From the NCBI GenBank assembly GCA_002633005.1, contig NMRA01000167.1, positions 674,460 through 738,459 of the forward strand: a stretch of DNA of 64,000 bases, given 5' to 3'. Source of the stretch: Phoronis australis. Taxonomy: Eukaryota > Animalia > Phoronida. Both the position numbers and the translations under genes were made by a program. Of the stretch, positions 13,745 through 27,049 are shown piece after piece. Every line of letters begins with the position of its first letter. Position 1 is the stretch's first letter. The notes under the pieces are model-generated. The model was given only the letters and a program-made list of their open reading frames with translations, did no database searches and was not told the DNA's origin.

Positions 13745-13970
13745 AAATTAAGAATAAAAGATGACGGACGAAACCGTGGACTCGTGTATTACAAGGGATT
13801 TGTATAATAATAGGTGTGTATGTGCGTGTGTGCGTGTGCGTGTGCGTGTGCGTGTGTGTGTGTATTTGGGTAACAGACCTTCTTTTATACATGTTTCGTT
13901 GAAAAGTAAGCCGTTCTTGGCCTTAGATAGTTTGTTCAACAGACAGTTGGAATAGTAGATCACCGAGTGT
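13745..13970 (-). mobile_element. Penelope-like element remnant with embedded (GT)/(GTGCGT) microsatellite
   Basis: Minus-strand peptide NKLSKAKNGLLFNETCIKEGLLPKYT resembles the N-terminal FNxxCxxxxLLPxYT motif I associate with Penelope-like ORFs; microsatellite 13814-13863; adjacent GATGACGGACGAAAC resembles a degenerate minimal hammerhead core. Confidence 0.5.
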
Positions 13971-14317
13971 GAGTGGCATCACAAACACAGACACATGAGT
14001 AAATATAAAATAAAACACAGTACAAAATATTTCATAGTAAAAAAATTGCTGCACTTCGACAAGACTTCAGTCATCCAAGTAAATAAATTTAAAATCATAA
14101 ACGCTATCGCGTATGATACATGAAACAAGAACAATGACAATAAACACAAATATAAGGTAGGACATATATGAGCGCAATTTTGGAAGGAATTTTCATGGAG
14201 ATTAGTGTACTAGAAAACGTCATATTTGTCAGAATTTAGACTGACACTGTTCTTAGTTTTATTTTATTTTATTGTTCTGTTTGTATTATTGATTGGCATA
14301 ACCCCTGAGGTCAGTAA

Positions 14318-14757
14318 TGTGATGATGTAATATATTTACTACAGAATAGTGTGGAACTTTCTAGAAGACTCTAGCATGTCAGTGATTAATGTAGTCTGGA
14401 ATACTCTAGATGTATATGTTTGTAAAATGATTGGGTAGATTCCGGAAAGTTCTAGAATGCGCTTGAATTGGCGAAAAGGTTCTAGTACGTTGCATGAGAC
14501 TATAAATACCCGGACATGGGTTTGGGAAGTGAGTTGAGAGAGTTAAAAATTGAACTTCATTTAGTTACTGGAGAGTTACAGTTGAGTTGCTGAAGGTGTC
14601 TCAGAAGTTTATCACAAGTCAAGGCTTCGCAGCACTGGCTGGAGCGTAGAACAGACATTACGTCGGACATTTTGTTTGAGTAGGCTTGTGAACGTACGGT
14701 CGATGTTAATAAATGGATTAACTCGAACCAGTCTTCATTCTATCTATTATTATAACA
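14318..14757 (+). mobile_element. Candidate solo LTR
   Basis: TGT...ACA termini, U3-like TTCTAGAA repeats, TATAAATA at 14501, AATAAA at 14708; no clean TSD. Confidence 0.6.
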
Positions 14758-14869
14758 ATACTTCTCCTTGACTAAATATTTTTGTGTGAAACTATTTTTA
14801 ATATAAAAAATGACTCTTTTCATTTAGGTTCTTGTTTTTTCGTTGAAGAAGCTAAAGGTGCTAAGAATA

Positions 14870-15886
14870 TGTTTGGAAGGATATTTTTATATCTTATACA
14901 AATTTATCAATCTGTGTGAGATAGATTACCCTTTGTACCAACCTTTGTGGTATAACTCCAAAATTCGTATAGATAGTAGTCTAATTTCAAAAGTATATAC
15001 GATGCGTATACGATATAATTGACCCTGATAAAGGATATATTTATAATTATCATACTTTTTGTATACGTTTTCAATTGTGTCCTTGTATTACTCAATACTT
15101 CGTTCTTGGAATCATCTAAGAGACAAGAGTACTATAGTCACTCCACTTTTTCCAGAACATATTTTTCGAATCTCCTCGGAAAATAAAGGGACGGGGAAAT
15201 CTGTCAGTTATTCATTTCCAAACTGTATATAAAACCTGTTGCAAAATTGAAGTGGCAGAGAGAAATTAACTTATGCGATACTCAGTCTTGGCAAAAAATC
15301 ATTCTGTAATATATCACTGTACTTCCGATGTCAGATTCAGATGGTTTCAATTCCGCATCAACCACAGACTTATTGGTGCAAGCTCTTATTTAAAGAAAAT
15401 AAGTGTTAGTGAATCGTCTTTATGTTCTTTCTGAGAACAACATGATGAAACAATTCTACATTTGTATTGGGAATGCTCACTTGTTCAGAAGTTTTGGGGA
15501 TGTATAAAAACATAGATAAATCAGTGCGATTTCCCTCTGCAGTTAAATATGTCTTCCACCTTGTTTGGAGATCCAGCCTTTAGATTAGAAGTTGTAAGTT
15601 TAATTTTTTGCTTAGCAAAATTTCACTTATATAGGCAAAAGGCTAAGGACAATTCTTAGTCATTTTACGCGAGGTACGCGATTACCACAACCTGGAAAAA
15701 TTAAGTTACAATGATAAATTGGATACTCAGAGATTCCAGGCAAGGTGGTCTTCTTTTTTGCCCAACTAGGTTTTATAGGGTTCGTTAATGTTCGTAATTT
15801 GTTTGATGTGCACTTGACTAGATTTCATATTGCTGCACAGCTATGTACTGGTTGGTTGAGTTAATAAATGTTTCATTCAAAAAAAG
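14870..15886 (+). mobile_element. 5'-truncated L1/Tx1-type LINE, ORF2 C-terminal zinc-binding region and poly(A)
   Basis: Reads FRWFQFRINHRLIG...LCSF*EQHDETILHLYWECSLVQKFW (zf-RVT-like); ends AATAAATGTTTCATTCAAAAAAA about 150 bp upstream of the copy B ATG. Confidence 0.8.
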
Positions 15887-16032
15887 GTTGATGAAAGTCG
15901 CGAAGTTTTTGTAAAACGACAGAAACATTTCGTGTGACAAAACAATCACGTTGATCATCAGACATCAATCGCAGAGCGTGCGCGTTTCATTCAAAACAAA
16001 ACAAAATCAGTTCATCTCCAAATTTATGACTG

Positions 16033-16623
16033 ATGGCGAAGGATAAACGCTTTTTATTAGAATCCTTAACACTATTTTTATTCGTTATCCAATGTAAAGC
16101 TCAGCTTGCAAATCACAATTTTTGTGAAGTTCCAGCCAAGCTTCTTATAATCGTCCAAGGAACAGAGTCTCTTCACTGCAACGATGAATACCCATCAGCA
16201 TTTTTTGAATTTGGAGTTATTCCAAAGGTTTGGTGGAGAACGGCGGATGCTAGCAAGAAATACACATTCATCTTAATAACTCCGCCCAGTTCTGGACCGG
16301 AATACGGGTTGATCTTTCTTGCCGCAGGTATTTCCGGCACAGTCTTACGAAAACCACAAGGTAGCGGTAACGTTTATGGGGAAGCAAGTGGAGCAAAGTC
16401 TACGCAGATGAATCCAATCCAGCCTGGAATGTCTCCAGACGGACTAAAATACCATTGCCTACTTTTTCTTGAGGCAGACGGCCAGACAGTCACTGATCCA
16501 AGTGGAGGATATTCACCTCAAATCAACTTCAACGACTTTCTCACCACAAACAACTTCGCTGTACCAAGAAACCTAGCGGCCAGCTTCCAATTTACCGTAT
16601 ACATGGGATGCATGTTGCCTCAG
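16033..16623 (+). CDS. Copy B exon 1 (197 codons): signal peptide + divergent PEBP/PEBP4-like domain + first Cys of CCP module
   Basis: Leader MAKDKRFLLESLTLFLFVIQCKA; PKVWWRTADASKKYTFILITP, LAAGISG, KYHCLLFLE, NFNDFLTTNN, LAASFQFTV match the order and spacing of PEBP elements (P.V....A....YTL.M.DP; WLV..I.G; HRY.F..Y.Q; F...F; ASTQF); donor CAG|GTTTGT at the same site as in copy A. Confidence 0.8.
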
Positions 16624-18724
16624 GTTTGTCATCTTTTTATACATTTATTACATAAACAGAACATTAAAGATCTGATTACAGCACACAGAAATAAGCACAT
16701 ATGCACGTGTATACCTAGCCAGACGGCTAGTTTTATGGAAAATATCGTCAAAATACAGCTAGGATCCAACGCTACTATAGACCTGGAAATTTCCACCCAA
16801 TCAGATCTATGCATCGCAACAAGCTTGAAACTGTGTTTGAAAAGGTTGTCGAAACATTCTGCATCCTCACCTCGTATTTTGACGTTTGTTTTCATAAAAC
16901 AAAGCGTAATTGGGTGGCTACCTTCATCCGCGCGCATATGTTATAAACTAAAAGAAAGTGCAACTACATTTATACTGTTAAAACATTCAAGGCGAACGGT
17001 GAACACTTATCGTAGCGGAGTTTGTTCAAGAAATGCAGACGTAATATCGTGTTATTCTCGATCAGAAGTTGATAGCGCGCTTTCACAATTGCCCAGAGCC
17101 ATTCCTGAGTGAACTTCTGTTTCTGCTCCTACTAACTACTAAACGAGCAAAGGCGATTTGCTTTTTCTGTTCATTCATGTTTTCTACATTACAGCAAATA
17201 CCCTTAGTTTCAGTAAATTATGTTCAATCATCGAATTAGTCGGTTAACCAACCCTTAGAGGACTGGAAGTCAATGCAGTGAAAGAGTACAATCAAGTGGC
17301 ATGCACATCCCACTCGAATAGCACACCAATAATTAACCTGGACACGTCAAACTTGCGCAACCACGTGAACACACTTATTTGCAGAAATAATACGGCGAAT
17401 GCAACCATAGATTAAGTCTATGATGCAACATTGCGGAAATCAAGCTGTTCGAAATCATTTATTCACTCGAAGATTCGACTTTTTAATATTCGCTTGTGAC
17501 TCCGCCATTTACATTTTTAACCAACCGGTGAACATGTAAACTGAAATATTCACTCCTGCGATGTATCAGATGCAATGGTTATTTAAACTGTTAAATGAAT
17601 CTTGCATAAATCCCGTGATGGCTTATATCTGTCATACCTCCAACAGGGGGTTGCTACGGAATAATAATCAATGGTCACTTGTCTTGGCATACAAAGCCCT
17701 CCGAAGAGCTGAGTGCTGGCTATCATCAAATGATCAGTTGCTCTTTGGTATTAGGTAAATTTCAGCAGTCAGTTTTTCAACTGACTCTGTCCTGGCATTT
17801 CACCCTTACTCTTTTGTGCTTTTATATAATTTTTGCAGATATTTGGCAAATCACTGTTATTTGGAAATTAAACTTTTTCCTAGACCTTTGGATTATGAAG
17901 CTCACTAAAAAATCGTATAAGAACCTAAAAACTTACGAGTGTTAAAGTGTAACTCATTTGACTTACATCACGAAACTCGAATATGTATATGTATAACCTC
18001 AATCGATACTTCGCCACCGAATGTCTTCCCACAAGCTAGAGCACAACGGAACCATGTCCATCCCTTTGCACATGGGGAAATTTGGCTTGAGTGCTCATTG
18101 ACTTTACGTTTCCGTTGCGTCTCCTGGACCTCCCTGCAAGAATCCGTTCAAGCTGCATGTCATTTCCAGCTCAAAATGCGTCCTACCCTGAGTCTTCACC
18201 TAACGGTCGCAAACAATTTTGCGTTTGTCCATGTTCATTTTTTCTGGCTAGGCCAGTATTTGGATTACCAATATGTGTCCGGACACCCTACATCTTGCTG
18301 GCAAGTAATAAATAAGTTGAAAACATGATTATTAATTTTTCTTGATCTAGTATACGATTTTGAGTCAAGTTGGCGCTTTTAAAAAACCTGAATTTCGCAG
18401 TCCGCCCATCTCAGATTTTAACCACCAGTGAACTATTAAATCAAGATTGTGCGGTTTAGTGAACACGGTTACACAGCTATGCTACCTGCTGTGTGTATTG
18501 AAACACAAACGTGTTTTATCGATCATATAAGTCCACTAAATACAAATTTAATCCACCGAAATCGTAAGCGTGGCGATCATAGATTCACTGTTGACCACTA
18601 ACCTGACATTTTCGCTTTTCACTCGTTTCAGTGCCTAGCTGACTCCCGTAATAATCACATGTATCTACAGACTGTATCAATTGCCTGGTGTAAAGTACCT
18701 TTCACACACACAGGCTTACCCTAT

Positions 18725-18885
18725 TGCTCTCCTATACTATAACAAGTTACTTCTCGAACGAGTTGTCGCTAGGTGCAACCTTGACGCTATTTTAACTACT
18801 TAGAGTAGTGCAACTTGCGACATTTGTTACAAAAAACTCGTTCGAGAGTAACTTGTTGGCACTTTTGATCGCAGTGTGACAGCAC
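18725..18885. mobile_element. Short palindromic MITE-like element
   Basis: AACAAGTTACTTCTCGAACGAGTT (18741) pairs with AACTCGTTCGAGAGTAACTTGTT (ending about 18857). Confidence 0.6.
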
Positions 18886-19066
18886 TTCAGGTGCAAGGCG
18901 AAAGTATTTATCCGGGTAGGGTTCAAAGATTCTAGGATCTTGCTACATGTAGGACCTCGCGAGAAAAGCAGGAGCTGGCAAAATTATGCAAGATAGTGCA
19001 GCGTATTTTAAATGAGAGCACGTGATTTTCGCTAGACTTCTGTCGCCGCTAGGCAGCTACAGTAGC

Positions 19067-19094
19067 TGTGTGTGTGAGGGTTGTGTGCGTTTCT

Positions 19095-19147
<53 letters not shown>
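19067..19147 (+). repeat. (GT)n microsatellite
   Basis: Perfect GT run at about 19099-19147. Confidence 0.95.
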
Positions 19148-19148
<1 letters not shown>

Positions 19149-19349
19149 AAATACATCCGGACAGGTGTTTAGTCAGATATTTGACTTGAAACAACGAGTG
19201 ACACATTAAGGATGGCGATCATTTACTGGCAATACTAAACCTACAAAAAAGATACAACTATACCTTTTTGAATGAAACACTATACGCAACAAAGCTTAGA
19301 ACGTGTTACAAAATCAGAAAAAAATGACAGACTGTTACTTCTCTATGTA

Positions 19350-20950
19350 ACTGGGTGATTTTGTCCTTTACATGTCCAGTCGATGGGGGTAAATACACGA
19401 CCAAACTGAGTCTTGACGAATGTATGCGGGGACCTCACACGCCCCAGAAGTATGCTGGCGGTATTTGGCGTCTTTGGGTTTTCACTATCGGCATCCTGGT
19501 TTGTAGTCTGACTCTCGTTGATCTGGGTTTGCTGAGTAGTGTATTGGGAAGGTTGAAGAACAATATGGCCGATACAGCTCCAATGGCTGCCAGTACCTCC
19601 ATCAGTTTTGATAAAGTATGAACGTCACCGTGGCGTTTTGGCTAGCGCCAATTATTGTGCACTCTTGGTTCCCGAGGTTTAGACTGTTGACCCCTACTCT
19701 GGTACCTTTTTCCAGAGGTTGCATGTCGTTAGCATTATGTCTAAGTTCATGGTGCGTCTTCTGTTGGGCCTTGCTGTAAGACAATCGAATTCCGGCCATT
19801 TGGGGTCGGGGATGCTTGGCTGAATTAGGACGTTCGTTCGCAAGCGCTGTCCCATGAACAGTTCCTTGGGCTTGAACCACTTGCAATTGATGTTGCTCTG
19901 TAGGCCTACGTGTAGCTGAGTAGCCATAGAAACGGATCGCTATCATTTTTCAGCAGATTCTTGATAGTTTCCACTCCTGGCGCTGCAGCACCATTATTTT
20001 GGGAGTGACGAGGGCTGCTGGTAATGTGTCTGAGATCACAATCGTGTGAAAAGTAGGCAAAATCGGCAAACTTGCTGCCGGGGTCTGTTCTCATCACGAC
20101 TGGTACGCAATGACTTGCAAATTCTGATTTTAGATGGACAATTACTTCATACAACGTGTTGGAGGCGAGAGGAGCGACTTCAGGGTAGCAGGAAAAGTAC
20201 TCTACCTGTAATATGTACGATCGTTTGAACTTTTCAGTAGTGTCATGACCTCACGAGGGGCTCAGTCGTTATCAGGGGATCAGAAGGCTGGCACCTAAGT
20301 CTAACAAAGGTCACACGGTTCTTTACGGCATCTTGGATATGGTGACACAATCAGGAGCACCTTGTAAAGTTGAGCTCGTTGCTGGCATATGGCAATGCCT
20401 TTGTGGCCATTGATAGCTTTAATCCAAAAATGGCGAGAGTACGCGGGCCATATTTGAGTTGTCCCTTGTCGTACGTGTTGTTGCTGAGGTGGGTCCAATG
20501 GGATCTGGCAGTCATTGGAATTTGCTTTTTGTTGTCATAGTTTTCCACGAACGTCACAAGCAAGTTGCATTCCTCGTAGGTTCTAGTCGCTATTCTCAGC
20601 TGTTCTGGGCGGTTCTTCGTTGCTGGTAGGGACAATTTAATGGCACGCACGAACGCTGTGGCTTAGTTCTCTAAGGCTCTGTCCTACCTAGCAGGTCCAC
20701 CGTTGCAGATTGAGCCGCAATACCTCATCAGCATGATATAGGATGCCTGTATTCTGTATTGAAATCCACTGATGTCATAGTTTCCTAACATTGGGTCGAG
20801 TGACTAATGATCGGTCACTATTGTGAAAGGGAGTCTGATAAGCGATCGCACGCCCACGAGACGTCCAAAGCCTCTTTCAGTCTGCGACGTGGCGCAGTAT
20901 GCTTGGACGCAGTGAAACGTCACGTCTTATTGTTGCTGCAGGAATGCGAA
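19350..20950 (-). mobile_element. Decayed Gypsy fragment (end of RNase H and integrase)
   Basis: FASHCVPVVMRTDPGSKF...HITSSPRHSQNNGAA..VETIKNLL..DPFLWLLSY (19906-20154); PKELFMGQRLRT. Confidence 0.8.
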
Positions 20951-22701
20951 ACCCAGTCAAATCTTTGTAGAATTTTACTCTGGATAAGTGAAGTAGCCTA
21001 TTTCATTTCTTTGAGTACTGTAAAATCACCGACTGCATGAAACATTCTATAACTCTGTGGTCAAAATTATGAGAAGTCTTTGAAACTCCTGTGACAGGGA
21101 TCAAAATGTGTATAAGGAAGGTTTGAGGAATTCTATGCAACACGCAGCTGAGAATGGTATTTCATCTTTTATATGCGTATAAACAAAATATTCTCGCCGA
21201 TGCTCGTCTGTCAATTTTTTATACTTTAAATCTGATTGCAAAGCGTGTCATGTCATCTAGAAGCTCGTTGATTCCTCTTCCGTGTTGCACTGACTTTGAT
21301 AAGTTACGTCCGTAAAACAAACAATTGCAAACGTGAGTAAAAGCCCATTAAAAATGAAAAAAAGTCTTTGATGAATACAGCCTAAATTTGCAACTTGTAT
21401 TTTTACATTTAATGAACATTTAAAAGGATTCTGGACTGCAGGTGGTATTTTCTGAGTGAATAAAAGTTTCGTCTGATGATACGCAACACTATAGGCATTA
21501 TAATGTAATAGTGACAACCTGAAATCTATTTTTTTGAAAAGTATCTCGATTTTTGTTGGATTTGAATACTGCTTTTTCCTTGTAGTGGCAATTGTATTGT
21601 TCATTTGTCAATGCATATTTCAAAACTCAGGTTTGCGCTTGTTATATGCGTGTAGATGTTGGCGTAACTACATGTAGTCTTGAGTTTAAAGACATGTAAT
21701 ATTTTGAATGAAGTTGTTGTAGTTTACAGAGGAAAGGTAGGCGGAGGGAGCTTCGAGTTCTTTAGGGGAGTATGGGGAGCGTCTGTGGAGCCATGCAGAA
21801 ATATCTAGCATATTTTGAACGACTATGAGCTATTGTTAGCATAATGGCTATAAAAGATGACATCCTACTGCTGAAGGTGCTTGTAGCTTGAACTTTTCGT
21901 GATTCTTATTTTTTGAGAATATTGCTTTTTGGTGTCATTTCAGAGTAAATTATATCTTTTCTTGAATTTTTAGACTTTGCTTAATTGTTTGGCCAATTTT
22001 ACATTTGCACTAATCGCAAACAAATTGAGTTCTGTTATTGCATAGAAGGCTGTCATGTTGTGGTATCGCGCTAATCCACCAACAACTTGTGCTCGCCTTT
22101 GGCTTTGAACTACGCTGATACTCCACTAAATCACATGTCTCTCTGTTGTTTCCACTGCAGTTTAACAGGGCTCTCCCGGATTACACGGCGATAGAACTAT
22201 CATTTGTCCCGGAGATAAGAAAGTGCGTGATCCTGTTTTGGAAGTCAGGCACATTTTCGTGTCTCTCTTGGGGAAGCAACGAATTTCAGACGTGCCTCCA
22301 TGGGTATTTGGACAAATGGAGTAATATACATGTAATGGGGAATAAACTTGTAAAGAATGAGACAACAACAAATAACATGTAAAACTCCCGAGTGGCATAA
22401 AAACGAGATACCAAATGTGCCTGGGGCATATTTACGGCATTGTGGGTAAATAAAGGGAGACTCGAGTGTCGCTCTGTAATCCGGGACAGCCCTATCCAGT
22501 CAGTTTTGTGAGCCACTTGGTTTTCTGAAACTAATAGATGAGAGATTACATAATACCGCTGTTTAGTAAAATCATGAAAATTTTGAGACTAGGCAAGCTG
22601 AAGTCCGTGAGATGCGAACACAAAGTCGCTAATTTTTGTAAGTATTTATTCCAGTATTAGACTCAAACTGTTTTACAACAGTTTAGTGTGTTATGAGTTA
22701 G

Positions 22702-25700
22702 TGTTGTACTGGTGGTGTTTTGTCATAGTTGCTTGTGATTTCTCTGATGTCGTCTTTTTGGTTTCCAATAAAGAACTCCTTTTTACAACATAACAATTGG
22801 CGACGAAAATAATGGCAGATATTTTTGAAATCATTGGCCTTATGCAACAGCACATTTTGGAACAAAGATAACCCCCTAACAGACGGCTGGAAGCCATGGC
22901 ACAAAGTTTCTCACAACAGGAAAGGAACAATCATTCAGTCCCAATTCAAAAGTTTAAAGAATTTGATTCTAATGCCGAGCTCTGGATAGACTATTGGGCG
23001 AGGTTTCAAATTTCGCATTTCAATTCCACATGAAAGATTGGCTCAGATTTTTTTCTGACAAACCCAGTCATCTTCAGTTTACAAGCTTCTATGTATCCTA
23101 GCAAAACAATTGAGTCCTCCGAAGGAAATTAGCCAGTAGCAATTTATGTCAGAACAATTCGTTGAAAAACGTGTTAGTGTTCGAGAACCACTCAAACTCT
23201 GGACTGAAACTAAACGTAAATCTGGTGAGAGTTTCCAAGAGTTAGTGGCTAGAATCAGACAAGTTGCGACTCAGTGTGATTTCTTGTCCATCAAAGATTC
23301 GCAAGAAAGCAATGAGAACAAGATTTGTCAAGATTAATTATGAAGCAGCGCTGAAATCGTAGTTCAAAATTAAAGATGGTAAAGTTTCCTTCGCAAAAGC
23401 AGTTGAAGTGGCTATGGAAATTGAAGAGGCATCCAGTGTGGCACAGACATGGTTTACGGAGATCCAGTACTTAAATTGCAAAGGGAAAGAAGGAAGACAG
23501 TAAGCAAAACGAAGCACAGAAACACGGTGATTTTCCAAAGGGAACATGTTCCCGTTGTGGAAAAAAAGGATCACGCTGCAAAGGATTGCCGTTTCAAGGA
23601 CGTTGAATGCCACTTCTGTCATATGAAGGAACACTTTTGGCAAAAGGGTAAAGTACGCCAACTTTTACTTCCACCATTTCTGCGGAAACAGTTGGTCAGT
23701 TTAATAACATAACAGATCGCGATCCTATTCAAATACTGTTGCAAATTATTGGTAGAGATTTGTTGTGCGATGTTGATTCGGGATCGCAAGATAATTTCAT
23801 TTCAAAGCAGACTTGGGCAAATTTGAGCAAAACCAAACCTCAACGCTAGTCACAGCAAATATTGTGCAGGGAATGGCCAGTCACTTCCAGTCATAGGAAT
23901 CTTCAAGCCTGAAGTTTGCGTGGTAAGTCAGCCTAAAATACATTGGATATTTGGATATTGTTGTCGGCAAAAATGTTTTAAATCTTGTAGAGCAGTTCGG
24001 GGATACGCCAACACAAGACATATGTTACTTCGCCTTGCGGTTTTCAGTTATAAGAGAAAGTGAATGTTCTACACTCGCAAACAGGAGTAGACATACATGT
24101 AAGCCTACAGAAAGGATGCAAAGAACTTTGTAAACAATTACGTGATATGTTTAAGCCAGAACCTGGTGGTTTGAATAATTTTGAACTGGAAGTAAAATTT
24201 AAGTCGAACGCCAAGCCACAGTATTACAAGCCTTGTACTGTACCATACATGTATGCATTGCTTGAGGATTTAAATCTTGCTTGTGAAGAAGGTATCAAGG
24301 GCAGAGTATGGGAGAAATCTCGATTCAGTGATTATCATACACCAGTTGTCTCTATACAGAAACCTCATTGTCTGCACAAAAAGAACTGGAAATTGCGTGC
24401 TTGTGGTGATTATTTTGCTACCGGAAATTCACAGTTGGAGACGCATCGACATCCGATAGTTCTACTGAGGGCCTGGTGAGAAAACTGAGTGGTAACCATT
24501 TCTTTACAAAACGTGATTTAGCTGATGGATGTAACCAGATTAAATAAGCTCCTGAAAGTCAAAGACCACTAGCGCTATCTACTCATCAAGGAGTTCTTTT
24601 ACAAAAACGCCTACATTTTGGCATTAGTTCTGCTCCAGAGCATTTCCAAGAACTAATGGAAAAGTTAACAGGTGATCTTCGAGGAGTTGCAGTATACCTT
24701 GATGACAGTTTAGTCACTGGTAAGAATGCTACTGAACAATTAAGCAATTTGCGTGCATTATCGCAATGGTTGCAACACAAAGGACTGCGATGCAGAAAAG
24801 AAAAATGTTGTTTTGCACATCAACAGTTGAATAGCTTGAACATTCACTGACGCAAATGGGTAATAATTAAGATTCAAAGGTTGATGCAGAACTTAAGATG
24901 CCACCACCTAAAGACGTGGCAAGTCTACACTCTTTTCTTGGTTCGTTGCAATTCTAGGGAAAATTTATTAAAACCAGTTTCCGCTCATTCTGAACTACTA
25001 AATCGGTCAGTTCTATTATAGGAAGACTTTGAACAGCGTATCAATGCCGATTTTTTTCGTTGTTATGGACAGTAAAATAGATGTGAGAGTTTTCTGTCAA
25101 AATACACTAACCGGAAACTGAAATTGGCAATTTAGGAGAGTGGCACCTCCTCTAGGATACTACGCAAGAAAATGTTGGAGCTGCGAATCTGTTGTCTATA
25201 ATCTATGTTGAAACAAATAAGTCTTCAACTAGACCCTGTTAATACAAGTTCGCTCACTAAAGGATCACGAAAGGATTCTGTTATTTCAATGGTCATGCGC
25301 ATGCGCGAACCCAGCCTTTACTATGGGGGGGCTCGAATTTCTGACGATGTGGACCTTTTGCTGACAAAACGCGGGAGGACTAACAAAAAACGGGGTACCA
25401 CATTTATTAATGACCTTTGTCTCGTTTTTTTTTTTGATTTTTGTTTCTCTGAGGCGGACCTTGAGGATCTAGAAAGACGATGTAGGTCATGTGCTGAATA
25501 CCGAAATAAGCCATCCAAAGCTGTTGTTCATCAAAGGATGCTTCCAGAAAAGCCATGGAGTCGTTTTCATTTGAATCATGCATTCGATTTTCTTGGGTCT
25601 AATACATGTAGGTTAGTACTCGTGGACGCGTACAGCAAGTATCCTTGTAATCATCCTACGTCGTCAGTATCATCCAAAGCAACCACAGATATTTTGGTTA

Positions 25701-26315
25701 TCCACATACAATAGTGACTGGCAATGCGACGCCATTCGTTTCAGAAGAGTTTCAGGTTTGGTGTCGCGAGCGTGGTATCGTCTAGCCTACAGGAGCGTCA
25801 TAACATCCGGCTACTACCGGATCTGCCGAGAGAGTTGTTCAGCCTTTTAAACAATCTTTGAAAAAATCAGCATCCCAGCCGAGGAAAGCTTTACAAGAGC
25901 TTCTTATTATAAAATACAGACGCATTCCGTTGGATTCAGGCTATACGCCGAGTGAACTTCCAAACGGTCGTCAAATACGTTGTAAGCTATATGCTTTACT
26001 ACCTTCTCCTGTGCACGCCGCTCGAGGCAAACAATCATTACAGACCACAAAAGGCACAGTACTGTACATGAAAGGAAGTGCATTCGCTTCTCGTTTGACT
26101 TCTCCGCATCCCGTGTTGGGTCAGAATGCTATGCGCATTACTGTGGAGACGAATAGCGCCGGGCAAACCCAAGGCTGAAAGACTTAAAAAGAAGCAGATT
26201 TTTCGATTGGAAGGGGAGGTGTTGTAGTAGTAGTGTTTTGTCATAGTTGTTCTTGGTGTCACTCTGGTGTCATCGTCATGGTTGCCAATGAAGAACTCCC
26301 TTTTACAACATAACA
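22702..26315 (+). mobile_element. Near-complete decayed Gypsy (Mag-like) element with very short LTRs (22702-22795, 26220-26315)
   Basis: LTRs TGTTGTA...TTTACAACATAACA of 94 and 96 bp; PBS-like TGGCGACGA after the 5' LTR; PPT GGAAGGGGAGG before the 3' LTR; gag knuckles DHAAKDCRFKDVECHFCHMKEH; RT VAVYLDD; integrase PEKPWSRFH..VDAYSKYP. Confidence 0.92.
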
Positions 26316-26448
26316 GTGAAGATGGAATTTGTATTCAGGGAAATGTCCCAATTACTTCTGTAGTTAGAAGGGAGTTGTGAGATTGTACAGAGGTTTGCCT
26401 TTTTATATTGTCCAAATGTGGTGTGGTGTGGTGCCTCTGTTTTCAGTT

Positions 26449-26454
26449 CACACA

Positions 26455-26519
<65 letters not shown>

Positions 26520-26541
26520 ACAGACATTCACACTCACACAC
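26449..26541 (+). repeat. (CA)n microsatellite
   Basis: Long CA run. Confidence 0.95.
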
Positions 26542-26710
26542 AAGCTTTTCCTTCCTATTTCTATCACGTTTCACTTTCCTACATTCACGCTTCCCATTTT
26601 TCATGAAAGGGCTGTAAACAGAGGTTGTTGCAGCTAAGCATTTTTGTGTTTTATGATAGTTAAGACCAGTTTAATCAAGGTTGCGAAACTCAATTATAGA
26701 TAGGAAAAAA

Positions 26711-26956
26711 GGACCCGTTCCAATAAACCTGCCTCACCTGAGACATATCTTGGAATTCAGAGTCAATTTTAAAATAAAACTTAAATTTGCCTGAAGTCCG
26801 CTTAACAAGTAAGATAAGTTTGACTTAAATCTTAACATAAGTTTTATCTTAATTTTGACTAACTAATCGAATTTGAAATTTTCAGAGTTTAGAAGTTGAC
26901 GCAAACCTTAGACGTTAGTTAAAAAGGAACTGAGACGAGTTTCTTGGAACGGGCCC
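26711..26956. mobile_element. Harbinger-like MITE
   Basis: GGACCCGTTCCAATAAAC pairs with GTTTCTTGGAACGGGCCC. Confidence 0.65.
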
Positions 26957-27049
26957 ATGGTCTATTTATAGATATTCAGGCTACAACCCAACAATGACAA
27001 CAGTTATGTGTAAAGAACAAGAAAATGTCGTAGCTATAATCCTTTCTCT

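Noticed and set aside
16624-17112. C-terminal 162 aa of the 359-aa ORF 16033-17112
   Set aside because: Read-through past the conserved donor into the intron; not conserved as a reading frame in copy A.
26377-26637. His/Thr-repeat ORFs (also 13683-13963)
   Set aside because: Translations of CA/GT microsatellites.
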